The notes under the pieces were generated by a model. That model searched no databases. It saw nothing but the letters and a program-made list of their open reading frames with translations, and was not told the origin of the DNA. A DNA stretch of 64,000 bases. Origin: an uncultured Lachnospiraceae bacterium (GTDB lineage Bacteria; Bacillota; Clostridia; Lachnospirales; Lachnospiraceae). Location: assembly GCA_910584725.1 (NCBI GenBank), contig CAJUBE010000006.1, positions 14,801 through 78,800 on the forward strand, in the 5' to 3' direction. This document shows positions 53,191-63,634 of the stretch, piece by piece. Numbering within the stretch: position 1 is the first letter of the stretch; each line of letters starts with the position of its first letter. The translations under genes were made by a program, and so were the position numbers.

Positions 53191-53678
53191 TACTCGCCCA
53201 CCAATTCCACCACCGTATACCCGTGCCCCACATAGGGCAGAAATTTCTCCAAGACATCCTTCATCCGCAGCTTCAGACTCGACGTATTCACGCAGGGGTG
53301 GCAGCCCACAAACTCATCCTGCAGAAGCTCCCTGTCGATCAGAAGCCTCACCCTGTGTTCCTTGTCGTTCATCAGCCCCATCACGCTCACAGACCCCGGC
53401 GTGATGTCCAGAAATTCTTCCATATACTCTGCCTCCGCAAAGGACAGCCGGGACACGCCAAGCTGGGCGGAAAGTTCCTTTGTCTTAAACTTTTTTAAGC
53501 CCGGCATCATCAGCAGATAAAAGTCCGTCTTCTGCCTGTTGCACAAAAACAGGTTCTTGCAGATGTGAATGCCCAGAGCCTCATCCACACCATGACAGTC
53601 ATCCACGGTCGCCGCCGCCTCATGGTCCACGCGCTGATAAGATATTTTCAGCTCATCAAGTAACTCATATACCGCCAT
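53190..53678 (-). CDS. YbaK/ProX-type aminoacyl-tRNA editing domain protein
   Basis: MAVYELLDELKISYQRVDHEAAATVDDC...KNLFLCNRQKTDFYLLMMPG...GSVSVMGL. The start is uncertain; in-frame ATGs exist up to 53798. Confidence 0.7.
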   Translation of the reverse strand: MAVYELLDELKISYQRVDHEAAATVDDCHGVDEALGIHICKNLFLCNRQKTDFYLLMMPGLKKFKTKELSAQLGVSRLSFAEAEYMEEFLDITPGSVSVMGLMNDKEHRVRLLIDRELLQDEFVGCHPCVNTSSLKLRMKDVLEKFLPYVGHGYTVVELVGE

Positions 53679-53855
53679 TTCCTTCAAAAGTCTACCTTTA
53701 TGTGAGGGTTTCATGTCAACTGGCGTTCTTGACATCTCACGCGCCCGCAAGCCCTCTTTCTCTTCCTGTCCGCTCACTTTTCCTCCATTCCGAAGCATTC
53801 ACAAATTCTTGGTTGATTCAATTGTTCTTCAAAAAATTTATGTCGTTCTTTCCAC

Positions 53856-54359
53856 TCAATCCGTCTCATAATATAAACAGTCCGCCCACTCCTGAATGCC
53901 GATCATACCCATCCGCTCATCCGGCTTCGCACCGTCCAGTTCCCGGTAAAAGTTTGCAATCTCCGTCCCGATCCGTGAAATCTGCCTGTGCATTTTCAAA
54001 TTGCCGAATAAGGCAGGACCGCCATACTCATATATTTCCGCACCCTCAAGCCAGAAAAACCGACAGCCGCGGTGCTTCTCCAAAAACATCTTTGTCTCCT
54101 CTATCTTCTCATCCAGTTCTGCTTCCGGAATAAGCCCTTTTTGCTTCAATTCCTCCAGAAAGGCATAAAGCCGCTCCACGCCCTCCTCAAAATTACCCCG
54201 CAGCGCAATTTTAAAGGGACTACCGAATATACTTGACCTTACCCTTTTGGTTTTACAGCTCACCAGAATTTTATAGGCAATGGGAATGTCATAATTATAT
54301 TCCGAAATCGCCACAAACGCTTTGTCTTTTTTCGCATATAAATAAGCTCTGTTTGCCAA
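53856..54359 (-). CDS. hypothetical protein
   Basis: Best start is the TTG at 54359, 5 nt after GGAGGAG and 11 nt after the comEB stop. No family recognised. Confidence 0.45.
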   Translation of the reverse strand: MANRAYLYAKKDKAFVAISEYNYDIPIAYKILVSCKTKRVRSSIFGSPFKIALRGNFEEGVERLYAFLEELKQKGLIPEAELDEKIEETKMFLEKHRGCRFFWLEGAEIYEYGGPALFGNLKMHRQISRIGTEIANFYRELDGAKPDERMGMIGIQEWADCLYYETD

Positions 54360-54370
54360 ATCTTCTCCTC

Positions 54371-54859
54371 CTAATAGCCGAACGTCCCCTCCAGAGACTC
54401 GTCCTCGTCGATCCATTGTTGCACTGGAATCACCCGGTACTCATCCTCAGTATCTCTCACATACACCGTCTCGATCCCCGCATTGATGATCTGCCTCTTG
54501 CACATAGAACAGCTGCAGGAGTTTTTCACGTACTCCCCGGTCTCCGCCTCCACCCCGGTCAGATACATGGCGCTGCCGATCATTTTGTCCCTCGACGCGC
54601 TGATGATCGCATTGGTCTCCGCGTGGACGCTGCGGCACAGTTCATACCGCTCACCCCTCGGAATTTCCATCTTTTGGCGAATACACTCTCCCACGTCAGT
54701 ACAGTTTTTTCTGCCTCTGGGCGCGCCCACATACCCCGTCGAGATCACCTCGTCATTTTTCACGATCACCGCGCCGTAATGTCTGCGCAGGCAGGTGGAA
54801 CGCTGTGCCACCATTTTTGCCAAGTCCAGATAATAATTTACTTTGTCTCTTCTCTCCAT
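54371..54859 (-). CDS. comEB: dCMP deaminase (ComEB-type)
   Basis: Zinc-binding motifs HAETNAI and SCSMCKRQIINAGI. Confidence 0.85.
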   Translation of the reverse strand: MERRDKVNYYLDLAKMVAQRSTCLRRHYGAVIVKNDEVISTGYVGAPRGRKNCTDVGECIRQKMEIPRGERYELCRSVHAETNAIISASRDKMIGSAMYLTGVEAETGEYVKNSCSCSMCKRQIINAGIETVYVRDTEDEYRVIPVQQWIDEDESLEGTFGY

Positions 54860-54924
54860 CTTCCATCCTCCACAACGTCAACTAAAATTCTTCAGTACCA
54901 TCGCCGAATAATTCTCGTCATTGT

Positions 54925-55569
54925 CTACCTCACAAACGAAATCGCTTCCCGCTTCCTCCTATACGCCAGCTCCACAGGCAGGTCATTCCAAAGCTCCGTC
55001 CTCGTCCCATACTTTTTAAGTTTTTCCAGAACCAATGTATCCGGGTCGGGGTACACGATAAAATCGTCCTCCTCCCCCATCTCCGGGCGCACCGCAAACG
55101 CAAGCTGTTCCGTTTCCACCGAAAACCGTGCGTTCACGCCCTCCTTATTTCCCCTCGCGTCGAGTCTGAACCACTTTTTGCAATCCCTGCTGTACACCCC
55201 GTTCAGCCCGTGATAAACCAGGACAGGAGCCGTCTTGTCATCCAAGATTACCTTCTGATAGCAAAAACCTGCCGGGACAGATTTGCATCGCAGCAAGGCG
55301 GCCAGCAAATGCGATTTTGCAAAGCAGATTCCGTGACCGGCGCGCAGCACCTCCGAAGCGGTACAGGTAAGTCTATCTTCGCCTATGTCTGCCGAATGTG
55401 AAATCTGATCCCGGACAAATTCATAGGCAGCTTTTATAAAATCCAGTTCATGATCTGCCTTTTGAGACAATGCGTCAGACAACTCTGCCACATTCTCATT
55501 ATCATAATCAATCACATTGTCACGCTTTACATATGCTTCCATTTCTTCCGAGTATGGAACAATGTTCAT
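54925..55569 (-). CDS. transglutaminase-like cysteine peptidase domain protein
   Basis: GHGICFAKSHLLAALLRCKSVPAGFCY has the catalytic Cys context. Confidence 0.7.
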   Translation of the reverse strand: MNIVPYSEEMEAYVKRDNVIDYDNENVAELSDALSQKADHELDFIKAAYEFVRDQISHSADIGEDRLTCTASEVLRAGHGICFAKSHLLAALLRCKSVPAGFCYQKVILDDKTAPVLVYHGLNGVYSRDCKKWFRLDARGNKEGVNARFSVETEQLAFAVRPEMGEEDDFIVYPDPDTLVLEKLKKYGTRTELWNDLPVELAYRRKREAISFVR

Positions 55570-55973
55570 CGCTTTAACTCCTTCCGCAAAATAATCTCCA
55601 AAGGCTCCCCCGGCAGCAACAGCGAGCCGCAGTCCACATACCCGTTCTTCCGGTAAAAAAACTGTGCCTGCTCGCTCGACAGGGTGGAGGTCAATACCAT
55701 TTCATAACCGCAATCCGCCATTTCCTTCTCCCAGAAATCGAGCAGCCGTCCGCCATATCCCTGCCCTCTGTATTCCTCCAAAAGATAGAGCATATTCATA
55801 AACGGTGTCTCATCCCAGAACAAATTGTACCGCAGCCAGCCCGCAAAACAATCCTCGTGATGCATGACCAAAACCCGCTCTGCATGGATCGCGTTTGCTA
55901 ATTCTGTTTCGCTGATATGCTTATCGTATTTTCTGACTGTCTCGAAATCCTTTTCGTCTGCGTATCGAATCAT
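55566..55973 (-). CDS. GNAT-family N-acetyltransferase
   Basis: LYLLEEYRGQGYGGRLLDFW. Its stop overlaps the next start by 4 nt. Confidence 0.75.
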   Translation of the reverse strand: MIRYADEKDFETVRKYDKHISETELANAIHAERVLVMHHEDCFAGWLRYNLFWDETPFMNMLYLLEEYRGQGYGGRLLDFWEKEMADCGYEMVLTSTLSSEQAQFFYRKNGYVDCGSLLLPGEPLEIILRKELKR

Positions 55974-55990
55974 AGTGACATCCTCATTAT

Positions 55991-56386
55991 TTACTGCCTC
56001 TCAAATTTTATTGCCATTACCCCGTCATCTTCCACAAACTTCCCGCCCTCTGTTCTGATTAAATGCGTTCCCACAGGAAGATGTAAATATGGTATAATGT
56101 CAGAATCATAATTACAGACCGTATTCAAAGCAAATACATGAAAATTATCCGCATCATTGCTATACGAATCGCTCTCATCGCCCTTAAAGAAATGCCAGCC
56201 GCTGTCAGGCTGATTTTCAAGCGGTTCGTCCCGAAACATGTACCCGACTTTCCAGCCTTCCTTCGATATCATATCGGAAACGATACAACCGTTCCCATTT
56301 GGTTCCTGCCAGTCGATCAGTGGCTTCACATCAACCTGCAAAAATCCATTCTCATTTTTCTTTTTTGATTTTTCAAACAACCCCAT
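55991..56386 (-). CDS. DUF2185 (Imm33-like immunity-type) domain protein
   Basis: CIVSDMISKEGWKVGYMFRDEPLENQPDSGWHFFKGDESDSY matches my memory of DUF2185. Confidence 0.55.
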   Translation of the reverse strand: MGLFEKSKKKNENGFLQVDVKPLIDWQEPNGNGCIVSDMISKEGWKVGYMFRDEPLENQPDSGWHFFKGDESDSYSNDADNFHVFALNTVCNYDSDIIPYLHLPVGTHLIRTEGGKFVEDDGVMAIKFERQ

Positions 56387-56401
56387 ATGATTTCCCCCGT
56401 A

Positions 56402-57091
56402 TTACTTCCACGGACGCTTGCGTCCCGTCCATCCCATTTCCTTCCAATACTTCGCGTCCCTCTCGTTAAAGCCCTTCCTCTGCATCAGATGCATGGCAAA
56501 AAACCAGACTCTTGTCTTGATTCCCGGTTTTACTTTTCCATGCCGCTTCCTGATCTTTTCCGCCAGCGCGGTAGTCGCTTTATCAATCGAAGCCCGCTTC
56601 TTTTCACTGACGCCCTTCCATGTAGTCGCGGCCACGCCTTTCCCGTATCGGTATATTTTCCCGACGCCCCAGAAAAACAGGCTGTCCGCCATATCTTTAT
56701 TGGTCGAGCTAAGACCAGCGCCCGCCGCGGTGGAAATGCAGACGCCCTGCTTGCAAAACATGGATCTTGCCGGACGGTGCACCATCCACCGATACCCGCA
56801 ATGGTCTAAAAACGCTTTCATAGCGCCCGTCGCGTGATACACATAGACCGGGCTTGCCAGAATGATCACATCCGCCTCATCCATCGCGCTTGTGATTGGT
56901 GAAATCGCCTCGTAGTGCGGACATTTTTTCTCACTCTCCATAAAGCACCGGTTACAGCCCACACAGAAGCTGTCAAAATCTCGCGGCAGGAAAAACTCCC
57001 TGCACTCCCCTCCGATTTTTTCGCCCAGCGCGTGCGCGATATGATAGGTGGAACCTTGGTGGCTCTGCCCGTGTATGATAACTGTCTTCAT
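56402..57091 (-). CDS. flavodoxin-like / NAD(P)H-dependent FMN reductase family protein
   Basis: MKTVIIHGQSHQGSTYHIA...CVGCNRCF...ADVIILASPVYVYHATGAMKAFLD. Confidence 0.7.
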   Translation of the reverse strand: MKTVIIHGQSHQGSTYHIAHALGEKIGGECREFFLPRDFDSFCVGCNRCFMESEKKCPHYEAISPITSAMDEADVIILASPVYVYHATGAMKAFLDHCGYRWMVHRPARSMFCKQGVCISTAAGAGLSSTNKDMADSLFFWGVGKIYRYGKGVAATTWKGVSEKKRASIDKATTALAEKIRKRHGKVKPGIKTRVWFFAMHLMQRKGFNERDAKYWKEMGWTGRKRPWK

Positions 57092-57118
57092 AAACTATCG
57101 CCCCCTCTAATCCCGCAT

Positions 57119-58138
57119 TTAATTTAATCTCTGTCTCCCTATCCCATCTTCGATGCTTTCAAGAATATCTAAGTTTTCTAAAAAGTCTCGCTCAACCGAT
57201 GAGTAATCATTATACTGTAACCGCCTGAATTTATCATATTCAGAATGCGCCTTATCAATAGCCTGCTTGTGAGAAATATGTCCCGTAGTTGTTAAAATAT
57301 CCCGGCGGGTCATCTTTAAATAATCGTCAATCGTTTCCAACCAATCTCTCATATACATTGGCTCGTGATTCAGAGCGTGAACCTCTGCAATATCCAAATA
57401 CGCTGTCACGATTTTATTAAGCGCATCCAGTTCACTCTCACTCAGATAGTTTTTTGCAACCTCTACATCAGACCGTCGAATCGTCTCGCCCTGCCACGAC
57501 GTTAATCCCAAATTTTTCTTTTCCGAATCAACACGCTCATAAATCACCTCAGCTGCTGTATGTTTATGAGCCGCCCAATGCATTTTATTTTGCACCTGCC
57601 TAAAAAATAGAATGGAACTCTCCGCCTTAGGGTCATAATCTATACTGGTAGCATATATTTCCAACACTTTTCTCCAAAATACTTTTTCAGACGAACGAAT
57701 ATCCCTGATACGATTAAGAAGTTCGTCAAAATAATTTCCTCCTCCAAGATTTTTTAACCGTTCATCATCAAGTGCAAAACCTTTTATCATATATTCTTTT
57801 AAAATATTTGTCGCCCAAATACGAAACTGTGTGCCTCGATGAGACTTCACACGATATCCGACCGAAATTATAACGTCCAGATTATAATAAACGACCTGAT
57901 AGGTTTTCCCATCTGAAGCAGTTGTTGCATAATTTGCAACAACTGCTTCCCGATTTAACTCGCCTTCCGAAAAAATATTTTTAATATGCCGCGAAATAGT
58001 GGATTTGTCTCTTTGAAACAGTTCAGCCATCTGGTCTGCCGAAAGCCAGACTGTTTCATCATCAAAACTAACTTCAATTTTTGTCAGTCCGTCTTCTGTT
58101 GTATACATTATTATATTTGCATTAGGTTTCTTATCCAT
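57119..58138 (-). CDS. RhuM-family (virulence/Fic-associated) protein
   Basis: VWLSADQMAELFQRDKSTISRHIKNIFSEGEL...YNLDVIISVGYRVKSHRGTQFRIWAT. More AT-rich than its neighbours. Confidence 0.8.
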   Translation of the reverse strand: MDKKPNANIIMYTTEDGLTKIEVSFDDETVWLSADQMAELFQRDKSTISRHIKNIFSEGELNREAVVANYATTASDGKTYQVVYYNLDVIISVGYRVKSHRGTQFRIWATNILKEYMIKGFALDDERLKNLGGGNYFDELLNRIRDIRSSEKVFWRKVLEIYATSIDYDPKAESSILFFRQVQNKMHWAAHKHTAAEVIYERVDSEKKNLGLTSWQGETIRRSDVEVAKNYLSESELDALNKIVTAYLDIAEVHALNHEPMYMRDWLETIDDYLKMTRRDILTTTGHISHKQAIDKAHSEYDKFRRLQYNDYSSVERDFLENLDILESIEDGIGRQRLN

Positions 58139-58182
58139 CCATGATTCCTCCCCAAATGATCCCTTCGTTCAACAACCCGAAG

Positions 58183-58959
58183 TTACCCTAACACCATCCA
58201 GATAAAACTAACCGTCGAAAACAGATTGCAAATACAGTGAAACAGTATACTTATGTAAAAATTCTTTTTCCTATACGCGACATACATCACCGGCGTAAAC
58301 GCCAAGATACGAAATATATTGTTAAACGGCAGCCAGAAATGATAGAGCGAAAACAGAACCGTTATCAGAATCGGCGTAAGCGGACCCTGCTTTTCGTAAT
58401 GGGAAGTCAGATATCCCCGGAAAAACAGTTCCTCCGTAACCGGTCCGACAACGACGTTAAAAACACCGTAATAGATGCAGGTCAGCACAAGCACCGGTTT
58501 GGAAAATGATTTTAAATATTCGTAGTTCGTCCAGTCAAATCCGGCAGACAGACTTTGCAGTACACTGTTCCTTATCCCGGCAAAAATCTGGTTCTCAACA
58601 GGCGCGACAAAGGCGGACAGCAACCCCGCCACCCCAAAGAATACAAACGCGATGGCAAACGCCTTCCACCATGCCATCTTTTCCTGTCCCACAAAAGCGC
58701 TTTTCAGAGAATATGCGCCATATTCCTTTTTGCTTGCAGACAAAATGATCCCCAGTTCTAGCGGCACTAAAGTGAAAGTTCCCAGAATACAAAACAGCAG
58801 GATATACGGTATGTTGCAAACATGCCCCAGAATCAGATAGCTGGCGCTAAGTACTGCCGTGGGTATGAAAATCCTGAGTAAAAGCCCTTTCGTATCTATT
58901 TGAATCATTGCACTCAAAACCATCCCTTCCCTGTTCCTGTCACCCGGATTCCTCTCCAC
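58183..58959 (-). CDS. CPBP-family intramembrane glutamic endopeptidase (CAAX/Abi)
   Basis: Motifs PVTEELFFRGYL, LFSLYHF and SILFHCICN. GTG start with GGAGAGG 9 nt upstream. Confidence 0.75.
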   Translation of the reverse strand: MERNPGDRNREGMVLSAMIQIDTKGLLLRIFIPTAVLSASYLILGHVCNIPYILLFCILGTFTLVPLELGIILSASKKEYGAYSLKSAFVGQEKMAWWKAFAIAFVFFGVAGLLSAFVAPVENQIFAGIRNSVLQSLSAGFDWTNYEYLKSFSKPVLVLTCIYYGVFNVVVGPVTEELFFRGYLTSHYEKQGPLTPILITVLFSLYHFWLPFNNIFRILAFTPVMYVAYRKKNFYISILFHCICNLFSTVSFIWMVLG

Positions 58960-58997
58960 CCGTCTCAGCCTCTCCAGACAACCACTTCGTCATTCCG

Positions 58998-59453
58998 TTA
59001 CGCCCTATGTACATACATCCGCGACAGTTCCGGCTCCCCGTCCCCCTGCGCCATGCAGAAAAACTCCCAGCCGTACCGCTCATAAAAGGAGTCATGGTCT
59101 GTCAGAAGGTAAAGCGTGTCGACGCCCCTCTCTTTCATATCCGCGCAGACATCGTTTAGCAGCGCGCCGGCAATGCCCATGCCGCGCCGGTCCTCCTCCG
59201 TATAGACAGCGCAGACGTTGGGCACAAGGTCTTTCCTGTCGTGAAAATCATTCTCAATCACGCCAAGTCCACCTATGATCCTGCCGTCCTCCACCGCCAC
59301 ATACCACTGAGGAAACGGCTTTTCCCCGGTAAGACTCTCCTCCATACTTTCCAGATATGCGGCAAGCGGTACGCCCCATTTTTTGTGAAACCATTTTGCC
59401 GCCTGCTCCTTGATTTCCGGTTGGTCCGCCAGCCGTATGATTCGGTAATCCAT
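58998..59453 (-). CDS. GNAT-family N-acetyltransferase
   Basis: VYTEEDRRGMGIAGALL. Promoter TTGACA-17-TAAAAT upstream. Confidence 0.8.
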   Translation of the reverse strand: MDYRIIRLADQPEIKEQAAKWFHKKWGVPLAAYLESMEESLTGEKPFPQWYVAVEDGRIIGGLGVIENDFHDRKDLVPNVCAVYTEEDRRGMGIAGALLNDVCADMKERGVDTLYLLTDHDSFYERYGWEFFCMAQGDGEPELSRMYVHRA

Positions 59454-59695
59454 TTTGTGCCTCCTCTGGCTAATCTAAAGCCGGATTTTATTTTAAACAT
59501 GCGAGCCGGGCTTGTCAAACAACTTTCCCCGTTCAATACCCACAGCCATTTCGTTACAATTCACACGCACACCAGATTTCGCATCTATTTACTACTATTT
59601 CGGTGTGAATTGCAACGTCTGATGCACACAAAATGCTTCAAAACGCGCATTTTGGCGCTGGCTCCGACACCATGCAGCAAGTGCATGGCGCGGCT

Positions 59696-59920
59696 CTAAA
59701 TTGTAACTCCATTTCTTTCAAGTCTCTCATCCTCCTTAATATATCCGGCATGAAACTCCATATTGATCTGCTTCAGTTCCTTCTTTCCGTCAATGTAATC
59801 CTGATACATATCGGCAAGCCCCGCCATACAGCCGTCGCAATTTGCGCTGATATTGCCCAGTGAATCCCGGACAATCTTTTCCCTTTCTTCTCTCGTTGTC
59901 TCTGAAATCAAATAACTCAT
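59696..59920 (-). CDS. small hypothetical protein
   Basis: 74-aa ORF, no motif recognised. Confidence 0.35.
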   Translation of the reverse strand: MSYLISETTREEREKIVRDSLGNISANCDGCMAGLADMYQDYIDGKKELKQINMEFHAGYIKEDERLERNGVTI

Positions 59921-59938
59921 TGATAATCACCTCTCTAT

Positions 59939-60676
59939 TCATTTCTTCGCCTTTATCAGTAAAAAATCCGGTTTATGCAGCAAATCCCTATATTCCGGAT
60001 ACGCTTTCAGCATGTCCGCATCCGGCAGCGGCTCGATCATTTTTTCAATCACAAAACCCGCATCGATCAATGTATTTACAATCGTCGAAAAAGTTCTATG
60101 ATATTTTTTCACGTGATCTACAAACCATACGCTCTCCTTTTCACCCTCAATACCATAGTCTGCGAGATTTACATAGATTTTCTTTCCGTTTTCGTCCCTT
60201 GTCCATCTGTCGCCCCCGGAATGACAGGTGCACAGCGGATTCTCCTGTGAGAAGACAAGCACGCCGCCTTCATCCAACAGCTGATATATATTTTCCACAA
60301 CGCCCGGAAAATCTTCTACATAGTGAAATGCCAGCGAACTGACTACCACATCAAACTTCCCGTTCAGCCGCTCAATATCCTCCATCGGCATATGTATATA
60401 TGTTATCTTTGGATGCGCATTCTCCTTTTTCGCAACCGCAAGCATCTTCTCAGAAATATCGATTCCCGTCACATGATCGGCGCCCGCCTCCATAAAATAT
60501 TTACAATGCTCTCCAAAACCACAGCCCAGATCCAATACCTTTCTGCCGCGCAAATCCGGCAACAGGGAAAGCAGCGCCGGAATCTCAAACAACTTGTTTG
60601 CATTCACTTCATTATCTCTGATCTTTCTGTATCCCTCGAAAAAAATTTCATTATCATATATGTTCTGCTTCGCCAT
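59939..60676 (-). CDS. class I SAM-dependent methyltransferase
   Basis: Motif I VLDLGCGFGEH and post-I DHVTGIDIS. Confidence 0.8.
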   Translation of the reverse strand: MAKQNIYDNEIFFEGYRKIRDNEVNANKLFEIPALLSLLPDLRGRKVLDLGCGFGEHCKYFMEAGADHVTGIDISEKMLAVAKKENAHPKITYIHMPMEDIERLNGKFDVVVSSLAFHYVEDFPGVVENIYQLLDEGGVLVFSQENPLCTCHSGGDRWTRDENGKKIYVNLADYGIEGEKESVWFVDHVKKYHRTFSTIVNTLIDAGFVIEKMIEPLPDADMLKAYPEYRDLLHKPDFLLIKAKK

Positions 60677-60766
60677 ATTGCATCACCCCATCCTCCCAAG
60701 ACGCCTGCACGCATAACTATACATCATAAATGAATAATATACAACTTTTTTTCATTTTATACATAA

Positions 60767-60835
60767 ATATCGCAAATATTCATATAAAATATGCATAAAT
60801 TTACACTTGCATTCTCGCCCGTCCTGTTGTATATT
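60767..60835 (+). promoter_or_regulatory. argG promoter (TTGCAT-17-TATATT) with two ARG-box-like sequences
   Basis: TATGCATAAATTTACACT (60790-60807) matches 15/18 of TNTGAATWWWWATTCANW. The rc of 60767-60784, TATGAATATTTGCGATAT, matches 13/18. The boxes abut the -35. Confidence 0.4.
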
Positions 60836-60942
60836 GTTTTAAGGGCAGACGCGGTCCGCCATTTTCCGGCAGACGCTATGCACCCACCAGAGAACCGTAA
60901 CAATATAAAGTATAATACATATTTCAAATGGAGGAAACGAAA

Positions 60943-62166
60943 ATGAAAGAAAAAGTAGTTCTTGCGTATTCCGGCGGACTTGATACGACCGTGATCATCC
61001 CCTGGTTAAAGGAAAACTTCGACTATGAAGTCATCTGCGTGTGCGGCAACTGCGGGCAGGCGGAGGAGCTTGACGGTCTTGAGGAGCGCGCCCTCTCAAG
61101 CGGCGCGTCCAAACTCTACATCGAGGATCTGACCGACGAGTTCTGCGACGACTTTATCATGCCCTGTGTACAGGCGCACGCTGTCTATGAAAACAAATAC
61201 CTGCTGGGCACATCCATGGCAAGACCCGTGATCGCCAAGAAGTTAGTCGAGATTGCCCGCAAGGAGGGCGCTACCGCCATCTGCCACGGCGCTACCGGCA
61301 AGGGCAACGACCAGATCCGTTTCGAGCTGGGCATCAAGGCGCTTGCTCCCGACTTAAAGATCATTGCCGCATGGCGTAATGAAAAGTGGACCTTAAACTC
61401 CCGCGAGGAGGAGATCGAATACTGCAAACAGCACGGCATCAACCTTCCCTTCTCCGCAGATTCCAGCTACAGCCGCGACCGCAACCTCTGGCACATCAGC
61501 CACGAGGGCTTAGAGCTGGAAGACCCTGCCAACGAGCCCAACTACGAGCACCTGCTTGTGCTCGGCACCACGCCGGAGAAGGCTCCCGAGGAAGGCGAGT
61601 ACGTGACCATGACCTTTGAGAAGGGCATCCCCACTTCCGTAAACGGCAAGAAGATGAAAGTTTCCGAAATTATCGCCACCTTGAACGAGCTGGGCGGCAA
61701 GCACGGCATCGGCATCGTCGATATCGTGGAAAACCGCGTGGTCGGCATGAAGTCCCGCGGCGTGTACGAGACGCCCGGCGGCACCATCCTCTACGAAGCC
61801 CATCAACAGTTGGAAGAGCTGATTCTCGACCGCGACACCTACGCGCTCAAGGCTGACCTTGGCAATAAATTTGCTCAGGTGGTATACGAAGGCAAGTGGT
61901 TCACTCCACTTCGCGAGGCGCTGCAGGCGTTCATCGAGTCCACACAGCGGTATGTGACCGGCGAAGTGAAATTCAAGCTCTACAAAGGCAACATCATCAA
62001 GGCAGGCACCACCTCTCCGTACACGCTCTACAACGAGAGCATCGCCTCCTTCACCACCGGCGACCTCTACGACCACCACGACGCGGAGGGCTTCATCAAC
62101 CTCTTCGGCTTATCCTGCAAGGTTCGCGCCATGAAGATGCAGGAGCAGGGGGAGAAGCTGCTCTGA
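60943..62166 (+). CDS. argG: argininosuccinate synthase
   Basis: [17 protein letters not shown]...[15 protein letters not shown]...[15 protein letters not shown] lies 8 nt upstream. Confidence 0.95.
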   Translation: MKEKVVLAYSGGLDTTVIIPWLKENFDYEVICVCGNCGQAEELDGLEERALSSGASKLYIEDLTDEFCDDFIMPCVQAHAVYENKYLLGTSMARPVIAKKLVEIARKEGATAICHGATGKGNDQIRFELGIKALAPDLKIIAAWRNEKWTLNSREEEIEYCKQHGINLPFSADSSYSRDRNLWHISHEGLELEDPANEPNYEHLLVLGTTPEKAPEEGEYVTMTFEKGIPTSVNGKKMKVSEIIATLNELGGKHGIGIVDIVENRVVGMKSRGVYETPGGTILYEAHQQLEELILDRDTYALKADLGNKFAQVVYEGKWFTPLREALQAFIESTQRYVTGEVKFKLYKGNIIKAGTTSPYTLYNESIASFTTGDLYDHHDAEGFINLFGLSCKVRAMKMQEQGEKLL

Positions 62167-62186
62167 TCTGAAAAATAGAATCATGG

Positions 62187-62232
62187 AAACACCCCGCAGC
62201 ACACTTTCAGAGTATGCCGCGGGGTGTTTTTT
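62187..62232 (+). terminator. intrinsic terminator after argG
   Basis: aaacaccccgc-N21-gcggggtgttt followed by a T run. Confidence 0.8.
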
Positions 62233-62481
62233 CCTTTTTTTTTCTTCCCAAATGTGATATGATGTACGCGAAAGCAATGAGCAGTGCGCAGACGGTAGAT
62301 AAATGGAGCGGGGAGCTTGCTCACCGAAACATTTATCTAATTGGATGCATAGGGCGAATGCCCGCGAGCGAGGAAAATCGAAGATTTTTCGAGCTTGCAC
62401 TGCGTTCTAAAGTGCATACACAATAGATAAATGGAGCAGAGAGTCTGCTCCCTGAAACGCAAAAGGGATTTTCTTGTACAC

Positions 62482-62775
62482 ATGAACGTAATTACACTGA
62501 TTACCATATATTTAGCAGTCATTAATTTTATAAGTTTCACCGTTATGGGAATAGATAAGCTCAAGGCGCGCAAGCGCGCATGGCGCATTCCGGAGTCCAC
62601 GCTTTTTGTGCTCGCCATCATCGGCGGCAGCGTCGGCTCGATCATCGGAATGCACCTGTTCCGCCACAAGACGAGGCACTGGTATTTTCTGTACGGGATG
62701 CCGGCCATCCTGCTGATCCAGATTCTGATTGTGGTGGCGCTGATTTCATCCCCGATTGAATTTATGATTCTCTGA
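62482..62775 (+). CDS. DUF1294 membrane protein
   Basis: MNVITLITIYLAVINFISFTVMGIDKLKARKRAWRIPESTLFVLAIIGGSVGSIIGMHLFRHKTRH. Confidence 0.75.
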   Translation: MNVITLITIYLAVINFISFTVMGIDKLKARKRAWRIPESTLFVLAIIGGSVGSIIGMHLFRHKTRHWYFLYGMPAILLIQILIVVALISSPIEFMIL

Positions 62776-62857
62776 CCGGACAAATGTCGGAAAATTTCCG
62801 AAAACCATTCGGTTTTTCGGGCATCTTTTAAAATATAATAATTATGGAGGGTTCTAT

Positions 62858-63634
62858 ATGCATATCGCGGTTTGTGATGATAATATTGCGGACAGAAAAC
62901 AGATGGAGCGGCTCCTCGGGCGCGCCTCCGACAGACGGCTCCACACGACAGGCGTGCTCTATATTGATTCCTACGGAAATGTGGAGGCGGTGTTACGTTC
63001 TCCCATGCTCTACGACGCCTTTTTCATCGACATGACGAACGGACCTGTGAACGGCTTCCAGCTTGCGAGAAAGCTGATCGACGCGGGTGTTGTGGCTCCT
63101 ATTGTGCTGTGTATCTCCACCATCGACTACCCTTCCGTCATCGAGGCAGCTCTCGCCAAAGTGCCGGACGACGTCACGGAAGCCTCCAACCACGATATCC
63201 TGCGCAGACAGCTCCAGAAACAGATTCTCTATCTGAACAAACCGATCAAGGTGAACGAACTGGATGAGATGCTGGATCACGCGCAGAGCCTAAAGGCAGA
63301 AACGATTCCCACCATAGAACTGCGCGGAGAGAAGGACACGCTCTATGTCCATGAGGATGAAATTCTCTACGCGGTGAAAAGCGGCAACTATCTCCATGTG
63401 GTGCTGACGGAGGAACGCTCCCTTGACATCTTAAGCACTCTGCCCAATCTCCACGCGCAGATTTCCATGTTCACCCATTTTGTTATGATTTCCGAGCACT
63501 GTTTAGTCAACATAACTTCCGTAGAAAAGGTTTCCATGTTAAAGCTTATTATGAAGGATGGGAAAACATTTTCCGTGTCGCCGCTGGAACTGCCCAAAGT
63601 AAAGAAGGCGCTCAGAGGAGAATGCCGCTCCTAA
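62858..63634 (+). CDS. LytR/AlgR-family response regulator (receiver + LytTR DNA-binding domain)
   Basis: MHIAVCDDN...DAFFIDM is the receiver. The C-terminal LytTR is ILYAVKSGNYLHVVL...FVMISEHCLVNITSV. GGAGGG lies 6 nt upstream. Confidence 0.8.
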   Translation: MHIAVCDDNIADRKQMERLLGRASDRRLHTTGVLYIDSYGNVEAVLRSPMLYDAFFIDMTNGPVNGFQLARKLIDAGVVAPIVLCISTIDYPSVIEAALAKVPDDVTEASNHDILRRQLQKQILYLNKPIKVNELDEMLDHAQSLKAETIPTIELRGEKDTLYVHEDEILYAVKSGNYLHVVLTEERSLDILSTLPNLHAQISMFTHFVMISEHCLVNITSVEKVSMLKLIMKDGKTFSVSPLELPKVKKALRGECRS

